Of a stretch of 64,000 nt of DNA, positions 21,447 to 33,950 are shown in pieces. The notes beneath the pieces are model-generated. The model ran no database searches and was not told the DNA's origin. It saw only the letters and a list, made by a program, of their open reading frames with translations. The DNA is from Vairimorpha necatrix (lineage: Eukaryota), in assembly GCA_036630325.1 (NCBI GenBank), contig CP142735.1:868001-932000 (forward strand), in the 5' to 3' direction. Position 1 is the stretch's first letter, and every line of letters starts with the position of its first letter. Made by a program: the position numbers and the translations under genes.

Positions 21447-22487
21447 TTATCCTAATTTCATTGTTATGTCTTTATAAGAATGTATACAAAACTCAGAATC
21501 TTTATAATGCCTACATTTTACTAAAAATGGGACTAAAGTAAAATGTTTTTTACTTTTCAAATTATTCCTCAATATATCAAACAATTCTGATTCTTCTTTT
21601 GATATTTTCTTGTGTAAACTTTTATATAATTTTTTGAATAATTCAAATTTACCAAAATATATAAAAGTTTTAAGCCATTCTACCAATAAAACATATTTTT
21701 TCTTATATTTAATAAGTTTCAATATATCTAAATATTTTTTGAAATTTCTCTCTAATAATTTCTTATAAATCATTGTAGATTTATTCAAATGTATATAAAA
21801 TATTTTTTTATCTACTTTTAAATCTATAAGATTCATGTGATCTATTAATGTGTCTCTAACTATTTTGTCTATTAAATAATGAAAAAGATTTCTGTTATTA
21901 ATTTCTAAATTTATAACAGATTTATCTTCTATTATGTCATATAAATCTACTAAAACAGGAGTACTAAGGTGAGGTATTAAACAATTCATAAGTGGATTGT
22001 CTTCTGATTCTTTGAGAATTCTCTGTTTAGTATTATAATTTAAAACAAATGTATTAGTTTTATCATTGTACAAAGTAAGATCATTCTTAAAGATTCTTAT
22101 TGATGAAATGTATTTTGCTACCAAATTATTCAATTTTTTATTGGTTTCGTAAATTTTATATTTCTTAATTAAAAAATAAAACTGTAAAATCATCTGGTAT
22201 TTTATATCTTCAGAATCTATGAAAAGAAAATGGAATCTAGGGAAATATTCTTGTAGATAAATTCTTGTGTGGATATTTTCAATTTTGATTTTTTTCATAA
22301 AAAATAGGGAGACCAAGGTCTTTTCAATATCATTAGAAGATTCATCATTTTTTATCCCTTCAAGAACTATTTCAATACGGGGATCTTTTAATTTGTACTT
22401 ATAAAGATATTTGTATAATTTATATGAATCTTCTTCAAGAAGATTTTTTATTTGACCGTTTTTAATTTGAAGTAATAGATCTTCCAT
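21447..22487 (-). CDS. Hypothetical protein
   Basis: 346-codon ORF from an ATG preceded by CCC; no recognisable motif. Confidence 0.7.
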   Translation of the reverse strand: MEDLLLQIKNGQIKNLLEEDSYKLYKYLYKYKLKDPRIEIVLEGIKNDESSNDIEKTLVSLFFMKKIKIENIHTRIYLQEYFPRFHFLFIDSEDIKYQMILQFYFLIKKYKIYETNKKLNNLVAKYISSIRIFKNDLTLYNDKTNTFVLNYNTKQRILKESEDNPLMNCLIPHLSTPVLVDLYDIIEDKSVINLEINNRNLFHYLIDKIVRDTLIDHMNLIDLKVDKKIFYIHLNKSTMIYKKLLERNFKKYLDILKLIKYKKKYVLLVEWLKTFIYFGKFELFKKLYKSLHKKISKEESELFDILRNNLKSKKHFTLVPFLVKCRHYKDSEFCIHSYKDITMKLG

Positions 22488-23594
22488 AAGGGTATAAAAA
22501 AACAGTGAATGTTTGCAGGTCAATATTTTGATAACAAATAACATAGATAAGAAAAATGTGAAGATAAAATTTAATTAAATAACGGTAAAATCTTAAAATA
22601 TTGACAGGAATAAATATATAAAATTTACGCAATAGTCAGCAATTATGACAGAAATATAACAATAAACATTGTTTAGTTTTTAATTTTAAATTTTCTACAG
22701 TTCTTATAATTTTATTAGAGAAGCAATTCTACAAATTTCTACGTCGATCTTCCAAAAGGGTGAAAATATCAACAAACGCAATAAAATGGGCAAAAACATA
22801 GAATATATTTCATAGCGAGTAGATTAATATGAGAATATCTACATCTTAAATATTATTAAATCTATGCTATCTTCTTACTTAGAAACCAGTTTCGGAGACG
22901 AGGATAACAAGATCAAACATACCAATTACTGACTATGTTTATAAAATTATTTACGTAAATTTCTATGGTATGTCTAATAAGCTTACAGAATAGTGTGTAG
23001 ATATATTAAACAAACAAATTATAGTTTGGCGCAAAGGTATTGCAAATTAGTTTTTTATGAGGATATTATTGATACTCACATCTTTATAATATAAATATAC
23101 TAAAAACAAGTCATCATATACAACATATCTTGTGTGTCAAAGGAAGCAATGTTTACTGCAATTGCATGTAAGCTAAATCTCGTTTGTAGACGTTGAAGTT
23201 TTAAATATTTTCAACGGAAAATGATTTTGTAAACAAATGAGGTCTCTTGAGAGAGTTGATGCCTTCTTATATTGAGATCGAGATAAGAGAGTTGCTAAAG
23301 ATAAATAAAAAGTACAAAACACCTGAAAATATTTTTTTTCTAGTGTAAGAATTTTGCGATGCCGATTTTACAGTAGAGCATTAGTGTATTTGTTTTTTAA
23401 TAAAACTTTTTTTTATATTCTAAATTATTTTTGGCTACTAAAAATGTCAAAAAATATAAACAACTAAAAATCATAAACAAGCTTGTTTGAATTAGACGAT
23501 GTTTTTATTTTGAACATTATAAGGTAAATCAAAAAGTTAAATGTTTGTTTTGATTATTTTTTGATTAATCAAAACGACATTGTTCCCTATACCC

Positions 23595-25154
23595 ATGGAA
23601 ACTAAAACTCATACGAAGAATGAAGAAATTCTTAATGTAGATATTTTGATCTATTCCGATACTAATTTTGCAATACCTACAAACCAAAAAATTTTTAGAT
23701 CAATCTTTGTTTCAATATGTTTACTGATCTTGTGTTTTGTAGTACATTATAAATTGCTTATTCCATTAACAAGTGACAGTGTCTTCAATGAATTTACAAT
23801 CTTTAAGTATAAAATACTCTTATCAATCTTGATATATTTTAGTATCTTCGAATTTATAGATTTTATTCTAAAGATATACACGAAAATCGTATTTACTTCG
23901 GACTATATAAGTAATTTGTTCTCTCTTGTGTTGTATAAAAGAAGTACAATGATAAAAGCATGTCTTTCTCTTTTTATATACTGTCTCCTATTGAGTAGCT
24001 ACGAATCCACTTTTTTACCCAGAGAAAAAAGTAGAATAAGCGACGATGAAATTTCCTTGCAGAAACGGATAATAGAATATTTTTTAACTAACTTTTTAAG
24101 AATTATTCTAGCAGTTTCGGGATTTTTTAGCATTTTTTTGATAAAATCAATAGGTATGTGTGTAATAGAATTGAAAATGTTTTTTTCTCATTACAAAAAT
24201 AGATTAGCATTAAATCAAGAAAATACACAAGTCATAGAATTATTAAATCGTCGTACAGGAATACAAATGTTCTCTAATTTGCAAACTTGGGGACATTATG
24301 TCTTTAAAACAGTTTCACCTGATACAGATCAATTAACATTTAAAGAATGTGAAGAAAAATTTGGTACTATTGCAACTAAACGTATTTATAAATTATTTGA
24401 TGCAAACAAGGATTTAACAATAACAGCTGCAGAATTCGTTACAGTTTATCACGGAGTAATACGTGAAAAATATTTTTTATACAAAGCATTATTACAAAAA
24501 AACAAATTGTTTAGCAAACTTAATACTGTAGTAACTGTAATTTGTTTACCTATAGCATTCTTTATAGCAATTTCAATCTTAAATTTATTTTTTTATTTTT
24601 CAAATGTCTTTTCTATAATTTCTGGTATAATACTTTCAATGAGTTTTATATTTTCTTCGGTAGTAGGTGAACTCTTTAGATCACTAATTTTCATCTTTTT
24701 TATAAGACCATTTGAAGCTGGAGATTATATTAAAGTAAAAGATAAAATATAAATGGTAGAGGAGCTGGGACTTCTTTATAGTTCATACTTGGTTGATAAT
24801 TTACTAACTTTTATACAAAATTCACAAATAATGACAGAAAATATTGTAAATTATAGGTTTTGTGAAGTAGAAAGCAAAACTTTTTTTTTCAAATTTAATA
24901 TTGAATCATTTAAAAAAAATTACGATATACTTAATAAAAGGATAAAAAAAATAGTTAGATCAAGTAATCAAGTATACACGGGGAAATATGATATTTTAAA
25001 CTTCGAGATGTTAACTGATGAAATAATAACAGTGGAAATAACTGTATATTTTAAAATTAACTTTCAATATATAAAAGGCCTTGTAAAAAACGAGGATGCA
25101 TTTTTAATAGAATTATACGATTTATTTAGAGATCTAGAAATAAAGCTTTATTAA
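23595..25154 (+). pseudogene. MscS-like mechanosensitive channel gene split by an in-frame TAA at 24750-24752
   Basis: TM segments, EF-hand-like DANKDLTITAAEF, FIFFIRPFEAGD. The two ORF-track pieces are in one frame, and the stop aligns with Tyr of the neighbouring paralogue. Confidence 0.8.
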
Positions 25155-25164
25155 TGTATTTTTT

Positions 25165-26751
25165 TTAAATTTCTTTAACTATTTCTTGAGGATTTATATT
25201 CAAATTAGTATTTTGATTGGATTCATTGATTATATTAGTTAGCTCCAATGTAAATTCGTCAATTTCTTCTTTATAATTAATACTATTTGGGTTTACATAG
25301 ATTACTATAACAAAATTCAGAATTTTTTCGTCAATTAATTTGATAATTTGAATTTTGACATGTTTTCCGAATGTATAAGGTTTCTTAATTATGATATTTC
25401 GTATTTCTTCCCGTATTCTTTGTCTTTTTTTCTTAAATAATTCTATATTATACTTAAAAGTATACGTTTTTTCAATATAATTTGACAATCTAAAGTTTAT
25501 AATGTTAGAACCAGATATTTTTACGTTTGGTATTGTTATGTTTAAAGATTTATACTTGAAAGTTGAATACATTAGTCCTATTTCACGTACTTGATACTTT
25601 TTACCATCAAATTTTATAAGATCGCCGACATCAAATGGACGAGTTATAAAAACGAAAACTAAAGATTTAAAAAGATCACCAGGCACATTTCCAAATATAT
25701 AATGCATAGGGAGCAGAAAACCCAAACATGTAAAGATAAATGAAAAGTAATTTTCCGTATAAAAGAAAATAAAACTAGATATTACTGTAAAGATTATTAC
25801 AAAAAACAATGTAAGCTTGCTAAGCTTAGATTTTACATCTGCCTTATTGTAAATCAACATGTCCATATCCTCTTTTGTTGTTATAACATTTAACCATACA
25901 GCTCTAAATTGACTTTCGGATATCTGATTGTTAAGATTTAAATCAAATAATTCCATTATAGATTTGCTATCTTCGGGACTAAAAAAATATTTCAATGTTT
26001 CTAGTGTTAAAGGGTTTCCCTCTGGAGATAACATTCTAAAAACAGTTCTTATCCATTTTTCTGATTTATAAATCACCGATTTCCCTGTAACGGAATTAAC
26101 TAAAAAAATTTTGTCCATGTCTTTATTGTTTTGAGCTAATCTTTTCCGGTCTTTTTTTTTATTTATTGCATATCTAATATACTCTAAGAAAACCAGTCTT
26201 ATAGTCATTGTGCCTGCAAATATTGCTGATATTATCCAAAAATTATTTAATAATGTAACGATTGATTTCCAAGATGCAACATGAGAATTGTTAGTTAGAG
26301 ATTCTAATTTTGAAAATACCTCATTCAATATATTACCTTCCATGTTTTGTATAAATTGTAATACAATACCACAAACTACAATTATTTTGATTAAGGTTTG
26401 TTGTTTTAACAATATAAAACCGAAATATGCATCTTTTCTTAATATATAATTTTCTAAATACATCATGATTATACTTAAAAATGTCCATACTGAGATTATA
26501 ATACACAGATATAATAACAGTATGTACAAAAATATATTTTCATTCAATGTATTTTTTGATAGTTCTGGTGTTATTACCCCTAAATATATATATCCCATCA
26601 AGCTTACAAAGACAATAAAAGCTAATATATGAATATAAAAAGATTTCTTAAATGTAGTAAGATAACTTTCTTCCTCAGATCTTCCTATAAATGATGCTTG
26701 AGTAAGATCTGTTTGTGAATAATTTTGCTGAACATTATACCCGTTATTCAT
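25165..26751 (-). CDS. MscS-like mechanosensitive ion channel with EF-hand-like motif
   Basis: FVFITRPFDVGD...V.EIGLMYSTF...IPN...IINFRLS; FDLNLNNQISESQF; CCC directly before ATG. Confidence 0.9.
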   Translation of the reverse strand: MNNGYNVQQNYSQTDLTQASFIGRSEEESYLTTFKKSFYIHILAFIVFVSLMGYIYLGVITPELSKNTLNENIFLYILLLYLCIIISVWTFLSIIMMYLENYILRKDAYFGFILLKQQTLIKIIVVCGIVLQFIQNMEGNILNEVFSKLESLTNNSHVASWKSIVTLLNNFWIISAIFAGTMTIRLVFLEYIRYAINKKKDRKRLAQNNKDMDKIFLVNSVTGKSVIYKSEKWIRTVFRMLSPEGNPLTLETLKYFFSPEDSKSIMELFDLNLNNQISESQFRAVWLNVITTKEDMDMLIYNKADVKSKLSKLTLFFVIIFTVISSFIFFYTENYFSFIFTCLGFLLPMHYIFGNVPGDLFKSLVFVFITRPFDVGDLIKFDGKKYQVREIGLMYSTFKYKSLNITIPNVKISGSNIINFRLSNYIEKTYTFKYNIELFKKKRQRIREEIRNIIIKKPYTFGKHVKIQIIKLIDEKILNFVIVIYVNPNSINYKEEIDEFTLELTNIINESNQNTNLNINPQEIVKEI

Positions 26752-27479
26752 GGGTTATACTAAACTAAATTCTTATAAATAAAGGAGTAACTCCTTTTTT
26801 ATTATGACAGGTGATTTTAAATAGAAATATGATTAAAATTTTTATCAACTTCGCCTTTACTTTACATTTCTTAATTATTTTTATGCCAATGATCATATAT
26901 TATATATTATAGTGTGCTTCAAAGAATAAATATAACTGAAATGATATCATATCTCAGTTTTGAATAAGATATACTATTAATTTTTTAATAAAGTTATCCA
27001 GTAAGGTACAAAATTATAATTTTTTTTTTAAATTTTAATTACAATTCAAAATATCAATCTAGCAATATACATTAGATATATAACTTAGAAGGGGTATACA
27101 AAATATTGCACAATTTGTTTGATTTTTTTATTTTTTGTTTTTACTTAAACTTAAAAACACTTCAAAACAATTAACTTTGTATGGATATAAGTCAATTATA
27201 TAAATTGAAAAATTATTGGTACATTAACCAATCTGTCAAATGCATAAGAAAATTTTGATCATATTTCAATCTTATAGTTTGTATAATACTATGGTTATTA
27301 AAATAACATAAAATCTTATTATTTATGTAATATTAATAATTATGTGGTGCTAAAAAATTATTAAAACTTTGGCGATATATTAAAAAACATCAAGATTTTA
27401 TTTTTGCTGATTTATACAATAAAACACACAATTTATATATAGTATTGAAATAAATTTGACTTTCCTGTAAAAATTCCTG

Positions 27480-28166
27480 TATTTCTTTTTGAAGTTTGTA
27501 TCATACTGATAAATAAAACTTTTAAACTTTTATCTGTGCAGAAAAACTCTACAATATCATTTTCAATTCTTCGTAAATTGAGTTATTGGCATTTCATTTA
27601 GTATATCAAATGCTTTTCTAAACAAATAATTATTGTGGTGAATAGCATATTAATTACAGCCTACTTCATTGATGGGACTTTTTGTAAATCACAATAATGC
27701 AGTAAAGAAGTCAAATATGAATAGCAATTTACCATAAATGAAGGACAAATCATATCCATTTAATCCCAAATTATAAATATTTAAAGTCAGAATTATTGAT
27801 GCATCGAAAAAAACGTGAGATAATTTTTAATTCCATTTTTTATCTCATCACAAAGATCATCTACAGGAAGTTGATGAATTTAATTGTTTGATTTGCACAA
27901 TTTCTTGTTGAAGATAAATGTAAATTTCTTCATTCGTAAATTGCATTATACTAGAGAGTTTATCTTTTAAAGAAGATACATTGTCCACATTACTATTATA
28001 GTGATATTCTTGTTGCGGTTTATTAAATAAATCTTGTGGTAAAGCTTATTATATATCGAAATCATATCTGACGTATCTATACTAAAATTGTTGTCTTGTT
28101 CTTATGTTTCACAATAAAATTTATTATTTGGTTTGAACTTAATACGTATAAGAACTATATAAACAT
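27480..28166 (-). pseudogene. Disrupted paralogue of the 39692-40534 gene family
   Basis: CCCC..ATG at 28166. Fragments LPQDLFNKP...DNVSSLKDKLSSIMQFTN and DDLCDEIK..W align with PLDYFNKA...DIVEYLKDKLFTIMENTN and GDLGDIVRKWN. Multiple stops and frameshifts; 3' end approximate. Confidence 0.65.
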
Positions 28167-30738
28167 GAAAGGGGCGTTAGTTTTTTTTACAGCTCAACAA
28201 AAATTTAGTGAGGTAATAAATAACATCTTAATTTTTTTTTCTGTTATTTACAATATTTATTATATATAAATTAATGACAAATCTAATCAAAGAAGAGAAA
28301 TTAGGTCATTTAACAGATAATTTATATTTTTTTGTTTTCTGACTTATTTACTCACTTTAAGATGAGATTGAGATGAATTATCGACGCATAAAGGGTTTAA
28401 AGGTCTCAATTTTGCCTTTCAATTACTATAAACAAACATTTGTTCTTTTTCTTTGTATAGTTTAATATTATTTTTATAGATTTTAAATCGTCAGAATTTT
28501 GTGTTTCCTTTTTATGTTTTGGATTAAAAATAAGTTTGAATTTGGTTTACATCATGAAATCATTTTAATAATGATATTAATAATACGTTGTCACTAAATG
28601 CTACAAATGTATTATTTAATTTGTACTTTATAATAGATGTTATGTAATTTTCTTGGGAATTATACATGCATACCTAGATCATTCTTTTTTATTATAAGAT
28701 TTTTAAGTTTTCCTAGCATAAAAAAATTTCAAATTTAAATATTTTTCTTATCTGTGTTAGCAAATATATCGTCAGAAAAGATGTTTTTAGTTTTTATTTC
28801 GATTGTAATTTTTTTTTTCGTTTTAATACCACAAAGCTTCGATAAATAAAAAAAATGTAATGTAAACTGTCAAATGCTTTATGATTACGAATATCATGCG
28901 GGTGAAAATATATAATATTTATAGGGGGATACGACATAAACAATATGCTCTAAAATTTAAATTTTAAGCTTATTATACACCTATTAAGTTAATTTCTAAA
29001 ATAAAAGAAAAAATATCAATTCAATATTTTTTAAAATATAATTATGCCTTACACTTTTTTATGAGTAATATATAGAAAGAACTAATATCTATTATAAATT
29101 GCAAAATACATATTCTTATTCATGTATAATATTGACATTAGACCTGTAATAAAAAATGTCAATATATAGATATACGCGGACATAAAAAAAAACATATTAT
29201 TGGTATATATTAGCTTGTCAATAGATAGGTCAAAAATTATATGTTTCCATGTTAGAATTAGCAATTCATGTAACATAATTATTAAAAATTGGGAATTATT
29301 AAAAATATAATGAAATTAAAGATGTTCGAATATAGCAATTAGGGATTTTTTTTAGATTATGTGTTTATTATTTCTAAATAATCAAACAACAAGTTCGTTT
29401 CCATTGTACCTTCAGGTTATATTCTAGTTTCTTGTGATAATTTATGTATTAGCTTTTGGACGTCATTTTTATTGTCTTGTATCTTTTTATTTTTTACAAA
29501 AAAATACAGAGACAGTGATAAATAATGTTTTATATACATAGTAGGATATTATTAAATACTTTATCACCCATTTTATTGTTATGTTGTATATAATATGAAT
29601 TACAAACTGCTTAAAAGAGGGGAAAGTATTATCTTAACAATGCCGTTAATACTTCCGTAAATAATTGGGAAACCATTTCGTATACCAATAAATCATATTC
29701 TCTACGTTCCAAATCTAACACGCTTTTTATGATATTCTGGAGTAGTTTATAACTACGTTGAACAATTTTTCAACCATTTTCTTATTTTCACTAACAGCTA
29801 ATATTATCATTTGATGATTAAAATTATTTTTTTGACATGTTTCTTTGTTTATTAATATATGAGCATATTGCCTTTTATACTCATCTGTGAAATGAGGTCA
29901 CTTTGCAAATATAAACTTGATTTTTATGTAAAGTATAGCTATAAATTGGCTGGGGAAATCTGAAAGAATCCAATTGAGATCGATTTTATTGATCCTATAG
30001 TGATGACGGCTGTATATTAAATACATACATGATATGTTTTGTACTAAAACTGTTATCTTTTTCGTTTGTTGCAAAATAAATTTTTTTAAATTGGTTTGAA
30101 CTAAATACGTATAGGTAATTGATAATCATAAAATTGAGTATTGTTTTTTATAAATCTTAAAATACTTATTGCGGAAAGAAAAGTCCGGTATTATCAATTG
30201 GTAAGCTGTTTTGTTTATCTAATGTTCAATTTACTTATTATAAACACGACGATTATTTAAATAATTATAATTTAATTAAAAATACCCTAGTTTAGATTTT
30301 GTACTAGACCAGAGCATTCATAAGCAAAATTTAATTAAACTAATTTTAATAACATTAATATATGATAAATAATGCCATTATATCAATTTTGTGTTCCAAA
30401 TCAAAAAATTTACTTGCGATATAAAAAAATAACCTTTGTCTTTATCGGCTAATTTCATTAAAGTTCTCCTATTTATATAATTAAAAATATATTTTTTCGT
30501 TTTAAAATCGAAGATTAAGAGAAGTTTTGCAAACAATAAATTTTAAAAAACAACAAAATCTTATTGCGAATATTTTTTGACCATGAAATATTACATAACT
30601 ATTTCTTTTTAATTGTGTAAAGTTATTGTAAAATAATTTATAAACTTAAATATGTATTATAATTGTTTATTTTAAGATATCTTAGGGGTAATAAAAATAC
30701 AAATTTATAAATATTCAACATCCCTCCTCTTTTATAAG

Positions 30739-31682
30739 CTAATATACAAGTACTTTGAGTTGAGACGCATGTCTTTTAAGCCTTCTTCCTTTTGATAATA
30801 CTATATACGAATTATTTTCTAATCGTTCTATAATCTGTCCTCTATCTTTAAACTTGGGTTGTCCTTTAGCTACAGCAAATTCGTTCTTTATTATCACCTG
30901 ATCGTTTTCATTGAACACTTCTTCGACTTCTTTATTCTCGTTTGCTTTGTTAAAGATAATAATTTCTTCGTATTGTTTTTCTTTTATTTTTGTCTCGTTT
31001 TCTTTTTTACAAGCTTCGTTTGGTGACATTCCTAGTTTCGAGTGGCAGATATTATTGTAAGCCTCTAACATTTTTAATAGTTTTGATTTTAGATTTAGAT
31101 TTCCCTCTTGTTTGTAAATCCCTTCCTGCACAGTTCTATTAAATCTTTCTACACGCCCATTTGATTGATGGTGAAAGGGCGTTGTGTAATGTACTTTTAC
31201 TTTATTCTCTATAGCCCAGTTCTTTACTTTGCTACTTTGGTTTTCTTTTGATGAATCCATTATCAACTCTTTAATTAATATTTGTTTGTTAATTTCGTTT
31301 ATAAAATCTACAATTTTCTGACTATCTCTAGTGGTAATAACTTTTCCAAACCCCTTTCTACTAAAGTAATCAATTCCTGTTATTATATATTGTTTATTTA
31401 TTGGTCCTATAATGTCTATAGCTACCTTTTCTCCTGTATAAAACGATTTAACGAACAAAAAGGCTTTTCCTCTTTTTGGATTATACATTTTACATCTTAT
31501 ACACTTTTTCAACTCTTCTTCAACTAATTTCTCCATATTATCCCAAGTATATTCCCTTTTAAGCTCTTTGGCTACTATTTTTGCTCCACGATGAACAAAT
31601 TTTTCGTATTTATCTTTAATAAGTTTCCTTTTTGTGTCATCATTTAAATCTTGAATTTCATTAACAACTTGGGCATCTTTTG
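30739..31682 (-). CDS. Integrase part of pol (different frame, joined by a shift near 31680)
   Basis: Frame reads KDAQVVNEIQ...VHRG...YTW..M...CIRC, IDIIGP, DYFSR, MDSSKE, SNGRVERFNRT; open to the stop before the PPT. Confidence 0.88.
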
Positions 31683-33950
31683 GTATAAGCGAGATATATA
31701 GTCTACATGTGCCATTTCTGCTCCCTTTCTGTATTTTACTGTGAAATTATACTGACTAAGTCTATCTAGCCATCTCTGTATTCGTTGAGAGCCTATTTCT
31801 CCTTTATTCAGAACTTCTAAGGCTTTATGGTCTGTTATTACTTCAAATTTATTCCCGTACAAGAAATATTTAAAATTCTCCATTGCCCATAATACTGCTA
31901 AGCATTCCTTTTCACTAATACTATAGTTTATCTCAGCAGGTAAAAGTCTTCTTGAAGCATATGAAATTGGATAAATCGTTTCACCTTGTCTCTGTGAGAG
32001 AATTGCGCCAACACCTGAATTACACGCATCTGTTTCTAGTATAAATGGTTTTGCATAGTCTGGTTGATATAATGCTATATTTGATTTTATAATAGTTTTA
32101 AGCTCATTGAAAGCTTTATCTTCCAGTTCTCCCCAACAAAAATTTTTATCTTTTTTGAGTAAATCATACAAGCATCCTGCAACACTTGAGCACATGGGAA
32201 TAAATTCTCTATAAAAATTTATAAAGCCAAGAAATTCTTGTAAAGATTTTATATTTTGGGGCGGTTTAATTTCATCAATACCTTGGCTAGCTTCTAATTT
32301 TGGTTTTATTTTGTTATATTCTATTATGTGTCCTAAAAATTCTACTGATGTCTTTTTGTAGATAGTTTTATCTTCATTTAATCGCAAATCATTATTTTTT
32401 AATCGTTCTGTTATAATCCGAAAATTTTTATCATGAATTTCTTCAGTTGTTCCAAAGACCAAAATATCATCAACATAAATGAAACATCTTTTACCAATAT
32501 CCTCTTGTAAAACATCATCCATAAACCGTTGAAATATAGCCGGCGAATTTTTAAAGCCCATTGGCATTACATTCCATTCGTACAAATGATGTTTATGTCT
32601 AAAAGCTGTCTTGTGCCTGTCTTCTTCTGCTAATTCTATTTGAAAAAATCCATCTTTTAAATCTAACTTTGAAAAATATTTTTGATCTTTTAAATTATGT
32701 AAAATTCTTTCTATACTTGGAAGCGAATATTTATCCAAATCTACTAACTTATTAAGTGCAATCAAATTTGTTGTTACTCGAACCGATCCATCTGGTTTCA
32801 TAACTGGTCTAAGATTGTTTAACCACGTAGATCTTGATTTTTGAATATATTTTTTCATTAACAACTTTTCTATCTCGGCGTCTATGGCTACTTCTAATTT
32901 CTGTGGCAATCCATACACTCTTTCTACGACCTTTTCTCCAGGTTTTGTTTTAATTTGACACACTCTGTTTTTTGGCTTTGCAAAAATTTTGATTAACTCC
33001 TGTTTTCCTAATAAAATTTTAAATTTATCAACCTTTGGTAAAATAAAGAGTTCGGTTTTATATATTTTGTCCATATAATTAAATTCAAGCTCTACTATAT
33101 CTCGTACTTTAAATTCTTCATCTAAACACGTAAAAAAGCTCAATTGCTTTATCCTCCTCGACACCTGTAATTTCAATTCTCTAACTGCACAATAAGAAAT
33201 AAAATTGAAACTAGAACCAGAATCAAAAACCACAGGTACTTTCTTAAAATTAACGTAGACGTAATTGTTTTTATTTTCATAAAATGAAGTGCTTTCTTCT
33301 AATCTCTCTTCATTATCAGATACTACCTCATGTACTTGCTTACTTGAACCAGTATCTCTATTTCTATTCCGAAAATAGCAACTTGTAGAAACGTGTCCTG
33401 GCTTTTTACAAATGAAGCAGGTTAAAGTTTTTCTCGGAGTTTCTTTTATGCTTAAATTTTTGAAGGAGAATGATAAATCGGCCTCCTTCTCCATTTCTTC
33501 AATGGTTTCATAAAATTCATCGTCAGTGTCATATTTACTGGATAAAAATATTTTTATAAGTTTATATCTGGGTTTAATACCGTTTTTTAGAATTTTCCTT
33601 CTATCCTTTTCTTCAATTTTTAAATCTTCGCATAATTTTATCGTTTCCTTTATAAATACAGAAACTGATTCATTATCCCTTTGTTTCTTAGAGCAAAGGT
33701 CTACAATAGAAATTTTTGTACTAAATTTCTCTATTGCTTTGTTTTTCCAATCTTCATAATTATAACTTGCTTTTCTTTTATTAGCAAATTCTTCTAAATG
33801 CCAGTTTAAGATATTTTCATCAAATCTACTTATAAATTCTTCCATTTTATCTTCGTCCTTTTTTATATTCCATTTACTAAGAGCCTCTGCTCTTTTTATT
33901 TCATGTATTATGTTGTTTTTAGTTATTTTTTCGTTCATATTCTCCACCAT
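31644..33950 (-). CDS. Gag-protease-RT-RNase H polyprotein (frameshifted before integrase)
   Basis: CFICKKPGHVSTSC knuckle, VFDSGSS protease, LDLKDGFFQ, MPMGFKNSP, YVDD, ETDAC, EKE, TDH. Confidence 0.93.
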   Translation of the reverse strand: MVENMNEKITKNNIIHEIKRAEALSKWNIKKDEDKMEEFISRFDENILNWHLEEFANKRKASYNYEDWKNKAIEKFSTKISIVDLCSKKQRDNESVSVFIKETIKLCEDLKIEEKDRRKILKNGIKPRYKLIKIFLSSKYDTDDEFYETIEEMEKEADLSFSFKNLSIKETPRKTLTCFICKKPGHVSTSCYFRNRNRDTGSSKQVHEVVSDNEERLEESTSFYENKNNYVYVNFKKVPVVFDSGSSFNFISYCAVRELKLQVSRRIKQLSFFTCLDEEFKVRDIVELEFNYMDKIYKTELFILPKVDKFKILLGKQELIKIFAKPKNRVCQIKTKPGEKVVERVYGLPQKLEVAIDAEIEKLLMKKYIQKSRSTWLNNLRPVMKPDGSVRVTTNLIALNKLVDLDKYSLPSIERILHNLKDQKYFSKLDLKDGFFQIELAEEDRHKTAFRHKHHLYEWNVMPMGFKNSPAIFQRFMDDVLQEDIGKRCFIYVDDILVFGTTEEIHDKNFRIITERLKNNDLRLNEDKTIYKKTSVEFLGHIIEYNKIKPKLEASQGIDEIKPPQNIKSLQEFLGFINFYREFIPMCSSVAGCLYDLLKKDKNFCWGELEDKAFNELKTIIKSNIALYQPDYAKPFILETDACNSGVGAILSQRQGETIYPISYASRRLLPAEINYSISEKECLAVLWAMENFKYFLYGNKFEVITDHKALEVLNKGEIGSQRIQRWLDRLSQYNFTVKYRKGAEMAHVDYISRLYQKMPKLLMKFKI

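Noticed and set aside
29940-30230. Possible integrase remnant (ERIQ..IDFIDP)
   Set aside because: Too degraded to support without a search; no LTR or TSD found.
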